Origin: a bacterium
GTDB taxonomy: Bacteria > Bacillota_I > Bacilli_A > RF39 > UBA660
DNA: 64,000 nt
Direction of reading: 5' to 3'
Assembly: GCA_030524925.1 (NCBI GenBank)
Contig: JAUNFS010000001.1
Coordinates: 3,963-67,962 of the forward strand
Shown one piece after another: positions 29,447 through 39,045 of the stretch. The notes under the pieces are model-generated. The model searched no databases and had not been told where the DNA came from. It saw nothing but the letters and a program-made list of their open reading frames with translations. The position numbers and the translations under genes are program-made. Every line of letters starts with the position of its first letter. The stretch's first letter is position 1.

Positions 29447-31156
29447 TTATTTTTTAAAGTCTAAATTTTCATTTATATATTTAATTGTATAGTCTAAGAT
29501 TTGTTCTTTGTTTATATCTAGGCTTTCACTAGAATTTCTTAGTTTGAACTCTACTAGGTTATCTTTAATTTTTTTACCTATAGTTATTCTAATTGGAATA
29601 CCAATAAGGTCTAAGTCGTTAAATTTAATGCCTGGTCTTTCATCACGGTCATCTAAAATAACATCTATATTATTTTTAGTAAATTCTTCGTATAAGTTAT
29701 TTGCAAAAGTAACGCTTTCTTCGTCGTTAGTATTTAGTAGAGCAATAGCTACTTTAAATGGAGCAATATTAAGTGGCCAAATGATGCCTTTTTCATCGTT
29801 ATTTTGTTCAATGTAAGAAGCTAAAATTCTTCCTGGGCCAATTCCATAAGAACCCATAACTACTGGATGGGATGTGTTATTTTCATCTAAATAAGTTAAA
29901 CCTAATTTTTCTGAGTATTTTGTTCCTAGTTTGAAGGTGTTACCTATTTCAATGCCTTTTTTAAAGTAAAGTTTGCCACCACAGGCAGGACAAGTATCTC
30001 CTTCTTCTACATTTACGATATCAGCAGCTAAGTCATATTTAAAGTCTTCTACATTGACATTTATATAGTGGTACCCTTCTTGATTTGCACCTACTACGAA
30101 GTTAGTCATGCTTAGGACTTCTTCATCTATAATGATTTTAGCGCCTTCTAAATTTACTGGACCAGTAAAACCGGGAACTGCATTTGATTTACTAATTAAT
30201 TCATCATCTGCAAAGTTAATTTCTTTACATTTTAATAGTTTAGTTACTTTTACTTCGTTTAAATTACGGTCCCCTCTAACAAAGAAAATAACTAACTCAT
30301 TATCAATGTTCATAAGCAAGGCTTTGACAGTTTTCTTAATATCAATGTTTAAGAATTTAGTTACTTCTTCTATTGTTTGCATGTGAGGTGTTTCTACTAG
30401 TTCTTTTGCTAGTTTTTCTTCTTTAACACTTTTTTCAGGTACATGTTTTGACACTTCTATGTTTGATGAGTAAGAGCATGAATCACATAATACAACTGTA
30501 TCTTCACCAATGTCAGTGATAGCTTGGAATTCTTCAGATAATGAACCACCCATAATTCCAGTGTCTGCTCTTACTATGGCGTAGTTTAAACCGATACGGT
30601 CAAAAATCTTTTTGTAAGCGTCAAACATTTTGTGATATGAAACATCTAGGCCTTCTTCGTCTTTATCAAAAGAATATGCGTCTTTCATTGTAAATTCTCT
30701 TACTCTAATTAAGCCATATCTTGGTCTTGGTTCATCACGATATTTTGCTGCTTGCTGATAGATTGTAAATGGTAAGTCTTTGTAACTTCTTACCATACTT
30801 TTAGCGGCGATAGCAAATAGTTCTTCATGAGTTGGACCTAGAACATAAGGCTTACTATATCTATCTTTTAAGTGAAACATAGAGTCTCCTAGGGCTTCTA
30901 CTCTTCCACAAATTTCATAGTAGTCTTCAGGAATTAATGACGGCATTAAAAGTTCTTCTGCTCCAGCTTTGTCCATTTCTTCTTTGATTATATTTTTAAT
31001 ATTGTTAAATACACGAAGACCTAGAGGCATAAACATATAGATTCCTGAACCTACTTTTTTGATCATACCTGATCTTACTAGTAAATTACCGCTTGTACTA
31101 TCTTCGTCTTTGGCATTTTCTCTTAATGTGTAGAAAAAACTATTTTTTAATTTCAT
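29447..31156 (-). CDS. proS: prolyl-tRNA synthetase, bacterial type with INS editing domain
   Basis: 569 aa with class II motifs and the typical start MKLKNSFFYTLRE...LLVRSGMIKKVGSGIY. Confidence 0.95.
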   Translation of the reverse strand: MKLKNSFFYTLRENAKDEDSTSGNLLVRSGMIKKVGSGIYMFMPLGLRVFNNIKNIIKEEMDKAGAEELLMPSLIPEDYYEICGRVEALGDSMFHLKDRYSKPYVLGPTHEELFAIAAKSMVRSYKDLPFTIYQQAAKYRDEPRPRYGLIRVREFTMKDAYSFDKDEEGLDVSYHKMFDAYKKIFDRIGLNYAIVRADTGIMGGSLSEEFQAITDIGEDTVVLCDSCSYSSNIEVSKHVPEKSVKEEKLAKELVETPHMQTIEEVTKFLNIDIKKTVKALLMNIDNELVIFFVRGDRNLNEVKVTKLLKCKEINFADDELISKSNAVPGFTGPVNLEGAKIIIDEEVLSMTNFVVGANQEGYHYINVNVEDFKYDLAADIVNVEEGDTCPACGGKLYFKKGIEIGNTFKLGTKYSEKLGLTYLDENNTSHPVVMGSYGIGPGRILASYIEQNNDEKGIIWPLNIAPFKVAIALLNTNDEESVTFANNLYEEFTKNNIDVILDDRDERPGIKFNDLDLIGIPIRITIGKKIKDNLVEFKLRNSSESLDINKEQILDYTIKYINENLDFKK

Positions 31157-31364
31157 TTTGATTCCTCCTATTAAAAAAAGAATGATACTAAAGGAGTGCT
31201 AGATAAGCACGGTACCATCCTTATTTTGTCTTAATTTTGATAACGGAATTATCCGAGAATGCTCTAGTTAAGAGTAGGATTTATTATCTTTATCTACCTA
31301 TATTACAGCAGCATAGGCTCTCTTTAAGATTAGTTTTAATAAATATGGCTCTTTAGCAATTTCT
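31157..31364 (-). promoter_or_regulatory. T-box leader (probable Pro specifier CCU)
   Basis: Minus strand contains an AGAGAG box, the T-box sequence AAGGATGGTACCGTGC (plus strand 31207-31222) and a terminator-like helix before a U-run. The candidate specifier CCT followed by A lies at plus 31275-31278. Confidence 0.8.
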
Positions 31365-31370
31365 ATCGTT

Positions 31371-31399
31371 ATTTTAATTGATTTTTCTTAATTAGTCAA
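31371..31399 (-). promoter_or_regulatory. promoter of the proS T-box leader
   Basis: Minus strand reads TTGACT (31394-31399), 17-nt spacer, TAAAAT (31371-31376). Confidence 0.5.
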
Positions 31400-31406
31400 T
31401 AGTTTG

Positions 31407-33932
31407 TTATTTTAATAATTCGGCTAATTTTTCTTGTTCTTCTTTTAGTTTTTGTCTATCTAATTCAACAATATTACTTGGTGCTTTACTTACGTAGTTT
31501 TCGTTTGCAAGAAGCTTTTCTCTTCTAGAGATTGATGCTTTTAAGGATTCAATAGCGTCTTCTTTAGCTTTTTTCTCTTCTTCTGTTTCTTGTTTTTCAA
31601 AGTAGATTGTTGCTCTTGTATTTTTAGATATTACTTTGTAGGTTTTAATATCTAGTGGTTTATCTATAATATTGTCTGTTAGTTTTAATAAACGGGTAAT
31701 TAAGTTGTTGTCATCTTCAGTTTCAAAGAGAATTTTAAAGTCCTTGGTGATATTATTTTCTGCTTTGATGTTTCTAAAGTTTTTAACGAACTCTATTTGA
31801 TCGTCTACTATTTCAGTTTCTGTTTCGTAATTGTTTTTCTTGCTTACTTTAGGATACTCAGAAATCATGATTGATTCAGCGTCTTTAACCGGTAACATTT
31901 GATAAATTTCTTCAGTTACGTAAGGCATAAATGGGTGTAATACTTTTAAGATATTAGTTAGAATATAGCATAGAACTGATTTTGTAGTTTCTTCTTTAAT
32001 AGTTAATTTAGCAATTTCTATATAGTAGTCACAGAAGTAGTTCCAAACGAAATTATAAATTAGGGCTCCAGCATTATTGAATGCATATTTGTCCATATTC
32101 TTTTTAATGTTTTCTAAAGTACTATTAAATTTTGTGATTATCCATTTATCTTCATTTTTTAAGTTTTCTAATTTTATTTCTTTTAAATCTTCAATATTTG
32201 TTAAGACGAAGCGAGATGCGTTCCAAACTTTATTTATAAAGTTCCAGATTGATTTTATTTTATCTTCATCAAAACGCATATCTGTGCCAGCTGCTACATC
32301 AGTTATTAAATAGTATCTTAGGGCATCAGCACCATATAGTTTGATCATATCAAATGGGTCAATACCATTTCCTAGAGATTTACTAAATTTTCTTCCTTGT
32401 TTATCACGAATTAGTCCATGGATTAGGCAGTGCTCAAAAGGTCTTACACCAAGAAGTTCTTCACCTTGGAATGTCATACGGTTTACCCAAAATGGAATGA
32501 TGTCATAGCCAGTTACTAGAACGTTATTTGGATAATATCTTTTTAAATCAGGAGTTTCTTCTGGCCAGCCTAGGGTTGCAAATGGCCATAGGGCTGATGA
32601 GAACCAAGTATCTAATACATCGTCATCTTGACGCCATCCTTCTTCTTTTGGGGCTTCAAAACCAACGTAAACTTCATCGCCTTTATACCAAGCTGGAATG
32701 CGATGTCCCCACCAAAGCTGCCTAGAAATACACCAGTCGTATGTAATTTCCATCCAGTGGTTCATAGTTTTTTCGTATCTTGATGGAACAAAATGAACTT
32801 TAGTTTTACTATCTTTTTGATTTTCTAGAACTTTATCAGCTAGTGGTCTCATTTTTACAAACCACTGCTTTTTGATCATTGGTTCAACCATAACACCAGT
32901 ACGCTCAGAGTGTCCTACTTCGTGAACAATTGGCTCGGTTTTAATAAGAATTCCTTGTTTTTCTAGTTCAGCAACTACACTTGTACGGCATTCTTCTCTA
33001 GTTAATCCTTCATACTTACCACAGTTTGAGTTCATTGTTGCGTCATCGTTCATGATAATTACTCTTGGTAAGTTATGCCTTAATCCAACTTCAAAGTCGT
33101 TAGGGTCAGATGCTGGAGTTATTTTTACGGCTCCACTACCTTTAGTCATGTCCGCATGTTCATCGGCAATGATTGGAATTAGTTTATTTACTAGAGGTAA
33201 TACAACATTTTTACCAATATATTTTTGATATCTTTCGTCTTTTTCATTTACTGCTACGGCAGTATCACCAAAGATAGTTTCTGGTCTTGTGGTTGCTACA
33301 ACAATGTATTCATCACTATCTTCTAATTGATATTTTAAGTGATAATAAGCACTTTTTACTTCTTCATATTTAACTTCTTCGTTAGATAAAGCGGTTTGAG
33401 CTGCTGGGTCCCAGTTAATTAGTTTTTCACCACGGTAGATTAAGCCTTTTTCATAGAATTTTACAAATACTTCTTTAACGGCTCTTTCAATAGTACTATC
33501 TAGAGTAAATCTTTCTTTAGTATAGTCTAGAGAAATTCCAAGTTTAGCCCACTGCTCTCTAATGATTTTAGCATGCTCTTCAGTCCATTTCCAGCATTCA
33601 TCTAAGAAAGCTTCACGGCCAATTAGGTGTTTTTCTTTGCCTTGTTTTTTTAGTCTATCTACAACTTTTGCTTCAGTAGCAATAGCCGCATGGTCCATTC
33701 CTGGAAGCCATAAACAGTCATAGCCTTCCATTCTTTTATATCTAATGATAGCATCTTGAAGTGATACATCTAAAGCGTGTCCTAGGTGCAAAACTCCAGT
33801 AACATTTGGTGGTGGTAAAACTATACAAAATGGTTTTTTATTTAAATCACCACTTTTAAAATAGCCTTTTTCTAGCCAATATGAGTATTTATTTTGTTCA
33901 ACTTCTTCATGATTATATTTTGTGTTTAACAT
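31407..33932 (-). CDS. valS: valyl-tRNA synthetase
   Basis: 841 aa with the HIGH variant (PPNVTGVLHLGHAL), KMSKS variant (KFSKSLGN) and a C-terminal coiled coil. Confidence 0.97.
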   Translation of the reverse strand: MLNTKYNHEEVEQNKYSYWLEKGYFKSGDLNKKPFCIVLPPPNVTGVLHLGHALDVSLQDAIIRYKRMEGYDCLWLPGMDHAAIATEAKVVDRLKKQGKEKHLIGREAFLDECWKWTEEHAKIIREQWAKLGISLDYTKERFTLDSTIERAVKEVFVKFYEKGLIYRGEKLINWDPAAQTALSNEEVKYEEVKSAYYHLKYQLEDSDEYIVVATTRPETIFGDTAVAVNEKDERYQKYIGKNVVLPLVNKLIPIIADEHADMTKGSGAVKITPASDPNDFEVGLRHNLPRVIIMNDDATMNSNCGKYEGLTREECRTSVVAELEKQGILIKTEPIVHEVGHSERTGVMVEPMIKKQWFVKMRPLADKVLENQKDSKTKVHFVPSRYEKTMNHWMEITYDWCISRQLWWGHRIPAWYKGDEVYVGFEAPKEEGWRQDDDVLDTWFSSALWPFATLGWPEETPDLKRYYPNNVLVTGYDIIPFWVNRMTFQGEELLGVRPFEHCLIHGLIRDKQGRKFSKSLGNGIDPFDMIKLYGADALRYYLITDVAAGTDMRFDEDKIKSIWNFINKVWNASRFVLTNIEDLKEIKLENLKNEDKWIITKFNSTLENIKKNMDKYAFNNAGALIYNFVWNYFCDYYIEIAKLTIKEETTKSVLCYILTNILKVLHPFMPYVTEEIYQMLPVKDAESIMISEYPKVSKKNNYETETEIVDDQIEFVKNFRNIKAENNITKDFKILFETEDDNNLITRLLKLTDNIIDKPLDIKTYKVISKNTRATIYFEKQETEEEKKAKEDAIESLKASISRREKLLANENYVSKAPSNIVELDRQKLKEEQEKLAELLK

Positions 33933-34645
33933 ATGTTAAGCCTCTTTTCTATATATTTTTTTATTTTATTAAAATAATCTTGATAAAAATCTTTATTATC
34001 TAAATTGTCATAGATTTTGTCTAAATATTTAAAGTCATAAATTAATTTTAGAGAATAATCATAATTAATATCATAGACAAATGCCAGTAAGTGTAAGACT
34101 CGGTCAGCATAAGAATGAATATCTTTATTTTTGATAGTAACTTCTTTATTAAATTGTTTTAATACTTTGGGATTGATGATATGTGATTTATCATCGTCGT
34201 ATAGAAAGTGCTGTGATAGTGAATATAAAATATCTATTTTGTCGGCATCTCTAATAATTAAGCAGTATTTATTATTTTTTAGTTTATTAGGTAGTTCTCT
34301 TTTGTTATGATAATATATAGCATCGTATAAGTTTTGTTTATCACTTTCTAGTACGGAATATTCTTTATAGTAATCATTTTTATTTAGTAAATAAACTCCG
34401 TAGTAACCGTGGTCAAAGCCGTTATTGATAAACGAATGAATGGTAGTCCATTCGTAGAATCTTGCTATGTCGTGAAGTAAACCAATTTGAGTTGCTAGTT
34501 TAGTACTATGATAGTCTAAGCCGATGTTTTCTGCAATTCTTTTTGATAAGACTGCTACTCTTTTTGAGTGATAATACTTACGAATTATTGCTTCTTCTTT
34601 TACATCATAATTATTAAATACAAATTCTTCAAATTCCCTATACAT
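33926..34645 (-). CDS. HD-domain phosphohydrolase
   Basis: 239 aa with H...HD (YHSKRVA...GLLHDIARF) and a later DADKID. Its stop overlaps the valS start by 7 nt. Confidence 0.7.
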   Translation of the reverse strand: MYREFEEFVFNNYDVKEEAIIRKYYHSKRVAVLSKRIAENIGLDYHSTKLATQIGLLHDIARFYEWTTIHSFINNGFDHGYYGVYLLNKNDYYKEYSVLESDKQNLYDAIYYHNKRELPNKLKNNKYCLIIRDADKIDILYSLSQHFLYDDDKSHIINPKVLKQFNKEVTIKNKDIHSYADRVLHLLAFVYDINYDYSLKLIYDFKYLDKIYDNLDNKDFYQDYFNKIKKYIEKRLNIC

Positions 34646-34858
34646 TTTATTCTCCTTTAAAAAAATAGTTATAAATGTAAGGGCGTTGTTAACGCGGTAC
34701 CACCTTACTTTTATAACTATAGTTACTCTCTAAATATTTAACGCATATTAACGATTTTTCTCCACTGCAACCTTCTTATTTTTTTATTATTAACTTTCAC
34801 CAGACGTTAACTCTCTATAAATAAAATTAAATAATACTCCTCAGTTTCTCTGAAAACT
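34646..34858 (-). promoter_or_regulatory. T-box leader (probable Val specifier GUU)
   Basis: Minus strand has an AGAGAG box, GGTGAAAG distal-loop motif and the T-box sequence AAGTAAGGTGGTACCGCGTT (plus 34691-34707). A 17/18-bp terminator stem (plus 34665-34682 with 34703-34720) is followed by U7. Candidate specifier is GTT in GAAGGTTGCA. Confidence 0.8.
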
Positions 34859-34864
34859 AGATTT

Positions 34865-34893
34865 ATTATATATTATTTTATTTAAAATTGCAA
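34865..34893 (-). promoter_or_regulatory. promoter of the Val T-box leader
   Basis: Minus strand reads TTGCAA (34888-34893), 17-nt spacer, TATAAT (34865-34870). Confidence 0.55.
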
Positions 34894-34901
34894 GATGGTG
34901 C

Positions 34902-34929
34902 TTGTCTCTTTTAATAAATATGATATAAT
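34902..34929 (+). promoter_or_regulatory. candidate divergent promoter of the secretion-ATPase gene
   Basis: TTGTCT (34902-34907), 16-nt spacer, TATAAT (34924-34929). AAAGGTGGTGG RBS precedes ATG 34957. Confidence 0.35.
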
Positions 34930-34956
34930 TATTATAGAATAAAAGGTGGTGGAAAG

Positions 34957-36300
34957 ATGACGGACTCTACTAATAATGAACAAACTTTTTTAGACGAGCA
35001 ACAACTTTCTGCCCCTAATAACGATTTAGTTAGTTTTAATTATGAAGAAATTCCAATTACCGATATTGTTAACTCTATTATTTTAGATGGTATTAAAAGA
35101 AAAGCATCAGATATTCACTTTGATCCTTATGAAAAAGGGCTTAAAATCAGAATGAGAATTGATGGTTCTTTAATGGATTATAGTCATGTGCCTTTATATA
35201 TTCAAAAGAATATGATTACAAGAATTAAGATTATTGCAGGAATGAATATTACTGAGTCTAGAGTTCCTCAGGATGGTGCGATTAAGAATAAACTTGAAAA
35301 TGTTACAGTAGACTTACGTGTTTCTTCCCTACCTACTAATCTTGGCGAGAAGATAGTTATTCGTATTTTGGATTATTCAATGAGTAGTGCTGGTATTGAA
35401 GAGTTAGATTTTAATAAGGAAAATTATAATAAAGTTTTAAAGATGATAAGTGTTCCAAATGGAATTATCTTAGTTACTGGTGCTACTGGTACAGGTAAAT
35501 CTACAACTGTTTATTCAATATTACAAAGATTAAATACTGAAGATAGAAATATAATTACCGTAGAAGACCCAATAGAAATGAATATTGAAGGAGTTAATCA
35601 AGTTCAAGTAATTTCGGAAATTGGTTTAACATTTGCAAACGTTTTAAGAAGTATTTTAAGACAAGACCCCGACATTATTATGATTGGTGAAATTCGTGAT
35701 GATGAGACTGCAAGAATTGCCGTTAGAGCTTCTATTACTGGTCACTTAGTTTTATCTACAATCCATACAAATAACTCATTAAATACGATTGAGCGTTTAA
35801 CAGATATGTCAGTAGAAAGATATTTGCTTGGAGCAGCGCTTACTGGAATTATTTCTCAAAAACTTGCTAGAAGACTTTGCAAACACTGCCGAACTAGTAG
35901 ACAAACAACCGATTATGAGAAAAAAGTTTTTAAAGATGCTTTGAATATAGAAGTTAATGAAATTTATGAGCCAAAAGGATGTGAACATTGTCATCAAGGT
36001 TATGCTGGCAGAATTGCAATTCATGAAGTGCTTTTAATTAATCAAGCAATTAGAGATGCGATTGTTAGTAATGCTTCTAAACCGGAGCTTAGAAAGTTAG
36101 TTTATAAGTCAGGAACTATTACGATGTTACAAGACGGGCTTTCAAAGGTTGTTACTGGAGAAACTACATTTGAAGAAATACTTAAGTTAATTGATTTAGA
36201 AGATGATTTAGGTACTGATACTAATTTAGGTCTTCAAGAAACAATAAAGGATTCTTTAACAAATAATAAAGCTAGAGACTATGAGGTTTTAGACTTGTAG
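34957..36300 (+). CDS. GspE/PilB/ComGA-family secretion ATPase
   Basis: 447 aa with Walker A GATGTGKST, Asp box, His box TGHLVLSTIHTN and a tetracysteine motif (CKHC...CEHC). Confidence 0.85.
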   Translation: MTDSTNNEQTFLDEQQLSAPNNDLVSFNYEEIPITDIVNSIILDGIKRKASDIHFDPYEKGLKIRMRIDGSLMDYSHVPLYIQKNMITRIKIIAGMNITESRVPQDGAIKNKLENVTVDLRVSSLPTNLGEKIVIRILDYSMSSAGIEELDFNKENYNKVLKMISVPNGIILVTGATGTGKSTTVYSILQRLNTEDRNIITVEDPIEMNIEGVNQVQVISEIGLTFANVLRSILRQDPDIIMIGEIRDDETARIAVRASITGHLVLSTIHTNNSLNTIERLTDMSVERYLLGAALTGIISQKLARRLCKHCRTSRQTTDYEKKVFKDALNIEVNEIYEPKGCEHCHQGYAGRIAIHEVLLINQAIRDAIVSNASKPELRKLVYKSGTITMLQDGLSKVVTGETTFEEILKLIDLEDDLGTDTNLGLQETIKDSLTNNKARDYEVLDL

Positions 36301-36314
36301 TCCTTTTTATTTGC

Positions 36315-36350
36315 ATAAAAAAATTACGTAAATGTTTACGTAACTTATTT
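36315..36350. terminator. bidirectional terminator between convergent genes
   Basis: Inverted repeat TTACGTAAA / TTTACGTAA (36324-36332, 36335-36343), flanked by an A-run upstream and a T-rich stretch downstream. Confidence 0.5.
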
Positions 36351-37040
36351 TAGTTTTGAATAATATTCTTTAAAAATATCTGAAAGTTCTTTTTGCTCTT
36401 CTTCAGTCATTGGATCAAAAGGATTGTTTTCTACTCTTTTTTGATAACTTTCTAATGATTCTTGCACGCCAATTACTTTACCATCTTTAACAAATACAAC
36501 AGTTGGTAAATAAATTCTTTTAATTGTTTCATCATTTAAACCGTCATATGCTGGAAGATAATCTTTTAAGATATCTACTAATTTTAGATAGTTTTCATTA
36601 CCCTGTTTTTCAGTTTTGATTTTGCCTTTTTTAGTTAAAGTAAGAGTGTTACGATCGTCCTTGATATTTAGATAGTAAATCTTATCTACTTTGCTTTCTA
36701 ATGCAGAAGAAACAAGCACTGGTACAAGGTTACGACACCAAGGACATTCTGGAAAGCCAAAATAGATAATACCAGTTCCTTTTTCTAAAATTTCAAATAT
36801 CTCATTATAATTTGAGTATAGCATTGGATTATAACTTTTGATGTCTAATGTTTGATATGTTTGATTATAACCTGTATCTTTACCATTTAGACTTTCATAT
36901 TCTTCTTTAAATTTTAAAGAGTCATTTGTAATGGTGTATTCAGTTTTATCTTCACTATTGTTTTTATAGATTAAATATCCAATTACACCGATTACGACAA
37001 TAATTACAACCCCAATTATTGCTTTAATTTTATTATTCAT
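36345..37040 (-). CDS. membrane-anchored thioredoxin-fold protein (CPWC)
   Basis: 231 aa with an N-terminal TM. IIYFGFPECPWCRNLVP is a CxxC motif in thioredoxin-fold context. Confidence 0.6.
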   Translation of the reverse strand: MNNKIKAIIGVVIIVVIGVIGYLIYKNNSEDKTEYTITNDSLKFKEEYESLNGKDTGYNQTYQTLDIKSYNPMLYSNYNEIFEILEKGTGIIYFGFPECPWCRNLVPVLVSSALESKVDKIYYLNIKDDRNTLTLTKKGKIKTEKQGNENYLKLVDILKDYLPAYDGLNDETIKRIYLPTVVFVKDGKVIGVQESLESYQKRVENNPFDPMTEEEQKELSDIFKEYYSKLK

Positions 37041-37067
37041 ATTTACTCCTAGATTTTACTATTAAAT

Positions 37068-37937
37068 TTATTTTATTTGATTCATTACTTCTTCGGCAAA
37101 GTTGTCACTTCTATGTTCCATACCTTCACCAACTTCGTATCTAACCATTTTTAAAACTTCGCCACCAGCGTTTTTAACGTAAGTTTTTACATCAATATCG
37201 CCATCTTTAATAAATGGTTCATCTAATAAACAAATTTCTTTGAAGAATTTCTTTAGACGTCCTTCAACCATTTTTTCAGCAATGTCAGCAGGTTTTCCTT
37301 CATTGATTGCTTGTTCAGTAAATACTTTTCTTTCTCTTTCAATTCTTTCAGCGTCAATATCTTCTTCTTTTAAGAATTCCGGTTTCATAGCAGCAGCTTG
37401 CATAGCTACGTCTTTTGCAACTTCACTATTAGCACCTTCTAAAACAGTTAATACAGCAATTTTGCCACCCATGTGCAAATATGTACCAAAGTTTTGACTA
37501 TCAGTTTTAGTAACAACTTCAATTCTTCTTAAAGATAATTTTTCACCAATTTTTGAAGTCTTAGCAATAATTAATTCACTAACAGTTCCTTCACTAACTG
37601 GTAAATTTAATGCATCTTCTAATGTAGTTACATCAGAATTCAAAATAGCATTTCCGATTTCATCAATCATATCTGTAAATTCAGCATTTTTACTTACAAA
37701 GTCTGTTTCAGAATTTACTTCTAATATTACAGCTTTATTAGCATTTGTATAAATATTAGCAAGTCCCTCTGCTGCTATTCTACTTTCTTTTTTAGCAGCC
37801 TTTGCTATGCCTTTTTCTCTTAAGTAATCAATAGCTTTTTCTAAATCTCCATTAGTTTCAGTTAAAGCTTTTTTGCAGTCCATCATGCCTGCTCCAGTTT
37901 TACTTCTTAATTCAGCTACGCTTTTAGCATCTATCAT
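37068..37937 (-). CDS. tsf: elongation factor Ts
   Basis: 289 aa with an N-terminal UBA-like segment, [19 protein letters not shown]. Confidence 0.95.
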   Translation of the reverse strand: MIDAKSVAELRSKTGAGMMDCKKALTETNGDLEKAIDYLREKGIAKAAKKESRIAAEGLANIYTNANKAVILEVNSETDFVSKNAEFTDMIDEIGNAILNSDVTTLEDALNLPVSEGTVSELIIAKTSKIGEKLSLRRIEVVTKTDSQNFGTYLHMGGKIAVLTVLEGANSEVAKDVAMQAAAMKPEFLKEEDIDAERIERERKVFTEQAINEGKPADIAEKMVEGRLKKFFKEICLLDEPFIKDGDIDVKTYVKNAGGEVLKMVRYEVGEGMEHRSDNFAEEVMNQIK

Positions 37938-37955
37938 AATTATTCCTCCTATTTA

Positions 37956-38888
37956 TTATTTTAATGCTTGTAATAGTTCATCTTTTTTCATTGATGAATA
38001 ACCTTTAATTCCTCTTTTTTTAGCAACTTGTTTTAATTCTGCTAGAGTCTTTAAAGTTAAATCTTCATCTTCAATGCTTTTTTCTTCTTTGATTGCTTCT
38101 TTAGTTTTTTCGTCTTCTAAGCTTTCAACAAATACTTCTTTTACAGTTTTTGCTGGTTTTTCGCTCTTTTTAGTTTTGTCTTCTTCAGTAACATAGTCAA
38201 TTAATTCTAAGCCACGAGATTCACAAATAGCGTTTGTTAAAACTCCTAAAACAACTTTAACACTTCTTACAGCATCATCATTACCAGGAATTACAAAGTC
38301 AACATCATCTGGATCACAGTTTGTATCAACTAGACCAAATACTGGAATATTTAGTTTTCTTGCTTCACGAATTGCATTGATTTCCTTTTTAGGATCTACA
38401 ATAATTAAAGCATCTGGTAATTTTTCCATATTACGAATGCCACATAATACTTTATTTAATTTTTCGTATTCTTTTCTTAATCCGATAACTTCTTTCTTAG
38501 GTAATACTTCAAAAAGTCCATCGTTTTCCATTTTTTCAATTTCTTCTAAACGTTTAATTCTCTTACGAATTGTACGGAAGTTTGTTAATGTTCCACCTAA
38601 CCATCTTTCAATTACGTAGAATGAATTACTTCTTTCTGCTTCTTCTTTAGCAGCTTCGTTAGCTTGTTTTTTAGTACCAACAAATAAGAAATTACCTCCG
38701 TTATCTGCAATTTTTTTAATTTCTGCATAAGCACTTTCAATACATGCAGCAGTTTTTTCAAGATCAATAATATAAATATCATCTCTTGATGTAAAGATGT
38801 ATTCCTTCATTTTAGGATTCCATCTTTTTGTTTGATGTCCGAAATGAACACCTGCTTCTAATAAATAACTCATAGAAACAACAGCCAT
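37956..38888 (-). CDS. rpsB: 30S ribosomal protein S2 with C-terminal Rho_N/SAP-like extension
   Basis: Track ORF trimmed to ATG 38886-38888 ([27 protein letters not shown]), preceded by an AAAGGAAAG RBS. The C-terminal 70 aa or so are an acidic linker plus [31 protein letters not shown]. Confidence 0.95.
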   Translation of the reverse strand: MAVVSMSYLLEAGVHFGHQTKRWNPKMKEYIFTSRDDIYIIDLEKTAACIESAYAEIKKIADNGGNFLFVGTKKQANEAAKEEAERSNSFYVIERWLGGTLTNFRTIRKRIKRLEEIEKMENDGLFEVLPKKEVIGLRKEYEKLNKVLCGIRNMEKLPDALIIVDPKKEINAIREARKLNIPVFGLVDTNCDPDDVDFVIPGNDDAVRSVKVVLGVLTNAICESRGLELIDYVTEEDKTKKSEKPAKTVKEVFVESLEDEKTKEAIKEEKSIEDEDLTLKTLAELKQVAKKRGIKGYSSMKKDELLQALK

Positions 38889-39002
38889 TATAATCACTTT
38901 CCTTTCGTTAATTACCCATAAGTATCTTCTTAAATCACCAACCACTGGCCACTAGGTAATTTAATCCACTTATGTACATATTGGTTTTTTAAAACCAAGA
39001 AT

Positions 39003-39031
39003 ATATTATCAAAAAATATGATTTAGTGCAA
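39003..39031 (-). promoter_or_regulatory. candidate rpsB promoter
   Basis: Minus strand reads TTGCAC (39026-39031), 17-nt spacer, TAATAT (39003-39008). This leaves a leader of about 105 nt. Confidence 0.35.
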
Positions 39032-39045
39032 GGGTTTATGCATAT

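Noticed and set aside
38981-38998. Hairpin TTGGTTTT / AAAACCAA upstream of rpsB as a terminator for the HD/R-M operon.
   Set aside because: There is no U-run after the stem on the minus strand and the loop is only 2 nt if the stem is fully paired. It lies at the predicted rpsB transcription start, so its role is unclear.
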